DNA of 64,000 nucleotides from Vairimorpha necatrix (Eukaryota): NCBI GenBank assembly GCA_036630325.1, contig CP142731.1, positions 62,001 to 126,000 of the forward strand, read 5' to 3'. Shown piece by piece: positions 63,314 to 64,000 of this stretch (position 1 is its first letter; each line of letters starts with the position of its first letter). The notes under the pieces were generated by a model. It saw only the letters and a program-made list of their open reading frames with translations, ran no database searches and was not told where the DNA came from. The position numbers and the translations under genes were made by a program.

Positions 63314-64000
63314 AGTTTCAATTTTTTACGGATATTTATACTTTAAAGCATTATACATGAATTACTTCACTTCTTTTAGATTTGATTTGCATGTAATCGA
63401 ATTCGTCAAATTGTAAGCATCTAATTTAAATAATTATAATTACACTAAATGAACATTCCAAGTAAAAGTTTTGATTTTATTAAAGAAATTATTTAATTAT
63501 TTATGATCAAAGTCGTTATTTGTAAAAAAAACTCGTTATATATTTCACCTTCCATAAAATTTTAACGCCTAACTTTGTTTTTTAAAATTGAAAAATAAGA
63601 ATATAAAAACCTGTAGTTATTATATTTATCATCTTACACGATGTGTGTTGATCTCTTTTTAATATTCTCTTTTATCAAAATGAGTTTTTTTCGTTTTATC
63701 ATAAGGAACTGTTTTTTTATATTTTCTAGATCAATAATAAAAAAAGGAAAATTTTAGAGAATATCTAAATATAAAGTAGAAACTATTTGCTAATAACCTA
63801 TATTCAAAGTATTTTTGGTTTTTAAATCCACTGATCTATTAAATCTCCGTAAATTTATAATTTTATAATAATTATGATGTTTTTGTTTGAATAATTCAAC
63901 ATTTAAAAAATAATGTTCCCAATTAAAAATCCGAACGTCTAAAAAATTGTTCAAAAATATTATTTATGTTCTGTCTATGAAAAAGAAGAATTTTTAGAAT

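Overview
Very AT-rich, gene-sparse eukaryotic DNA, most likely from a microsporidian (Nosema/Vairimorpha-like). This assignment is an inference from the CCC motif a few bases upstream of nearly every start codon, the uninterrupted ORFs, a solitary 5S rRNA gene and the transposon types present. Only about 10 intact ORFs occur in 64 kb, and almost all begin with a signal-peptide-like or membrane-anchor segment. They include a three-member family of large unknown secreted proteins and a HECT E3 ubiquitin ligase that consists of little more than a putative signal peptide plus the catalytic domain, the best effector candidate here. Mobile DNA comprises three ~520-bp non-autonomous Helitrons (two fused head-to-tail), two decayed copies of an RLE-type non-LTR retrotransposon plus older relics, and a Merlin (IS1595-like) DNA transposon with an intact transposase and ~100-bp TIRs. 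Also present are a disrupted EB1/Bim1 gene, several decayed secreted-protein genes and two unexplained ~300-bp hairpin clusters. All calls were made by eye; no searches or predictors were run.
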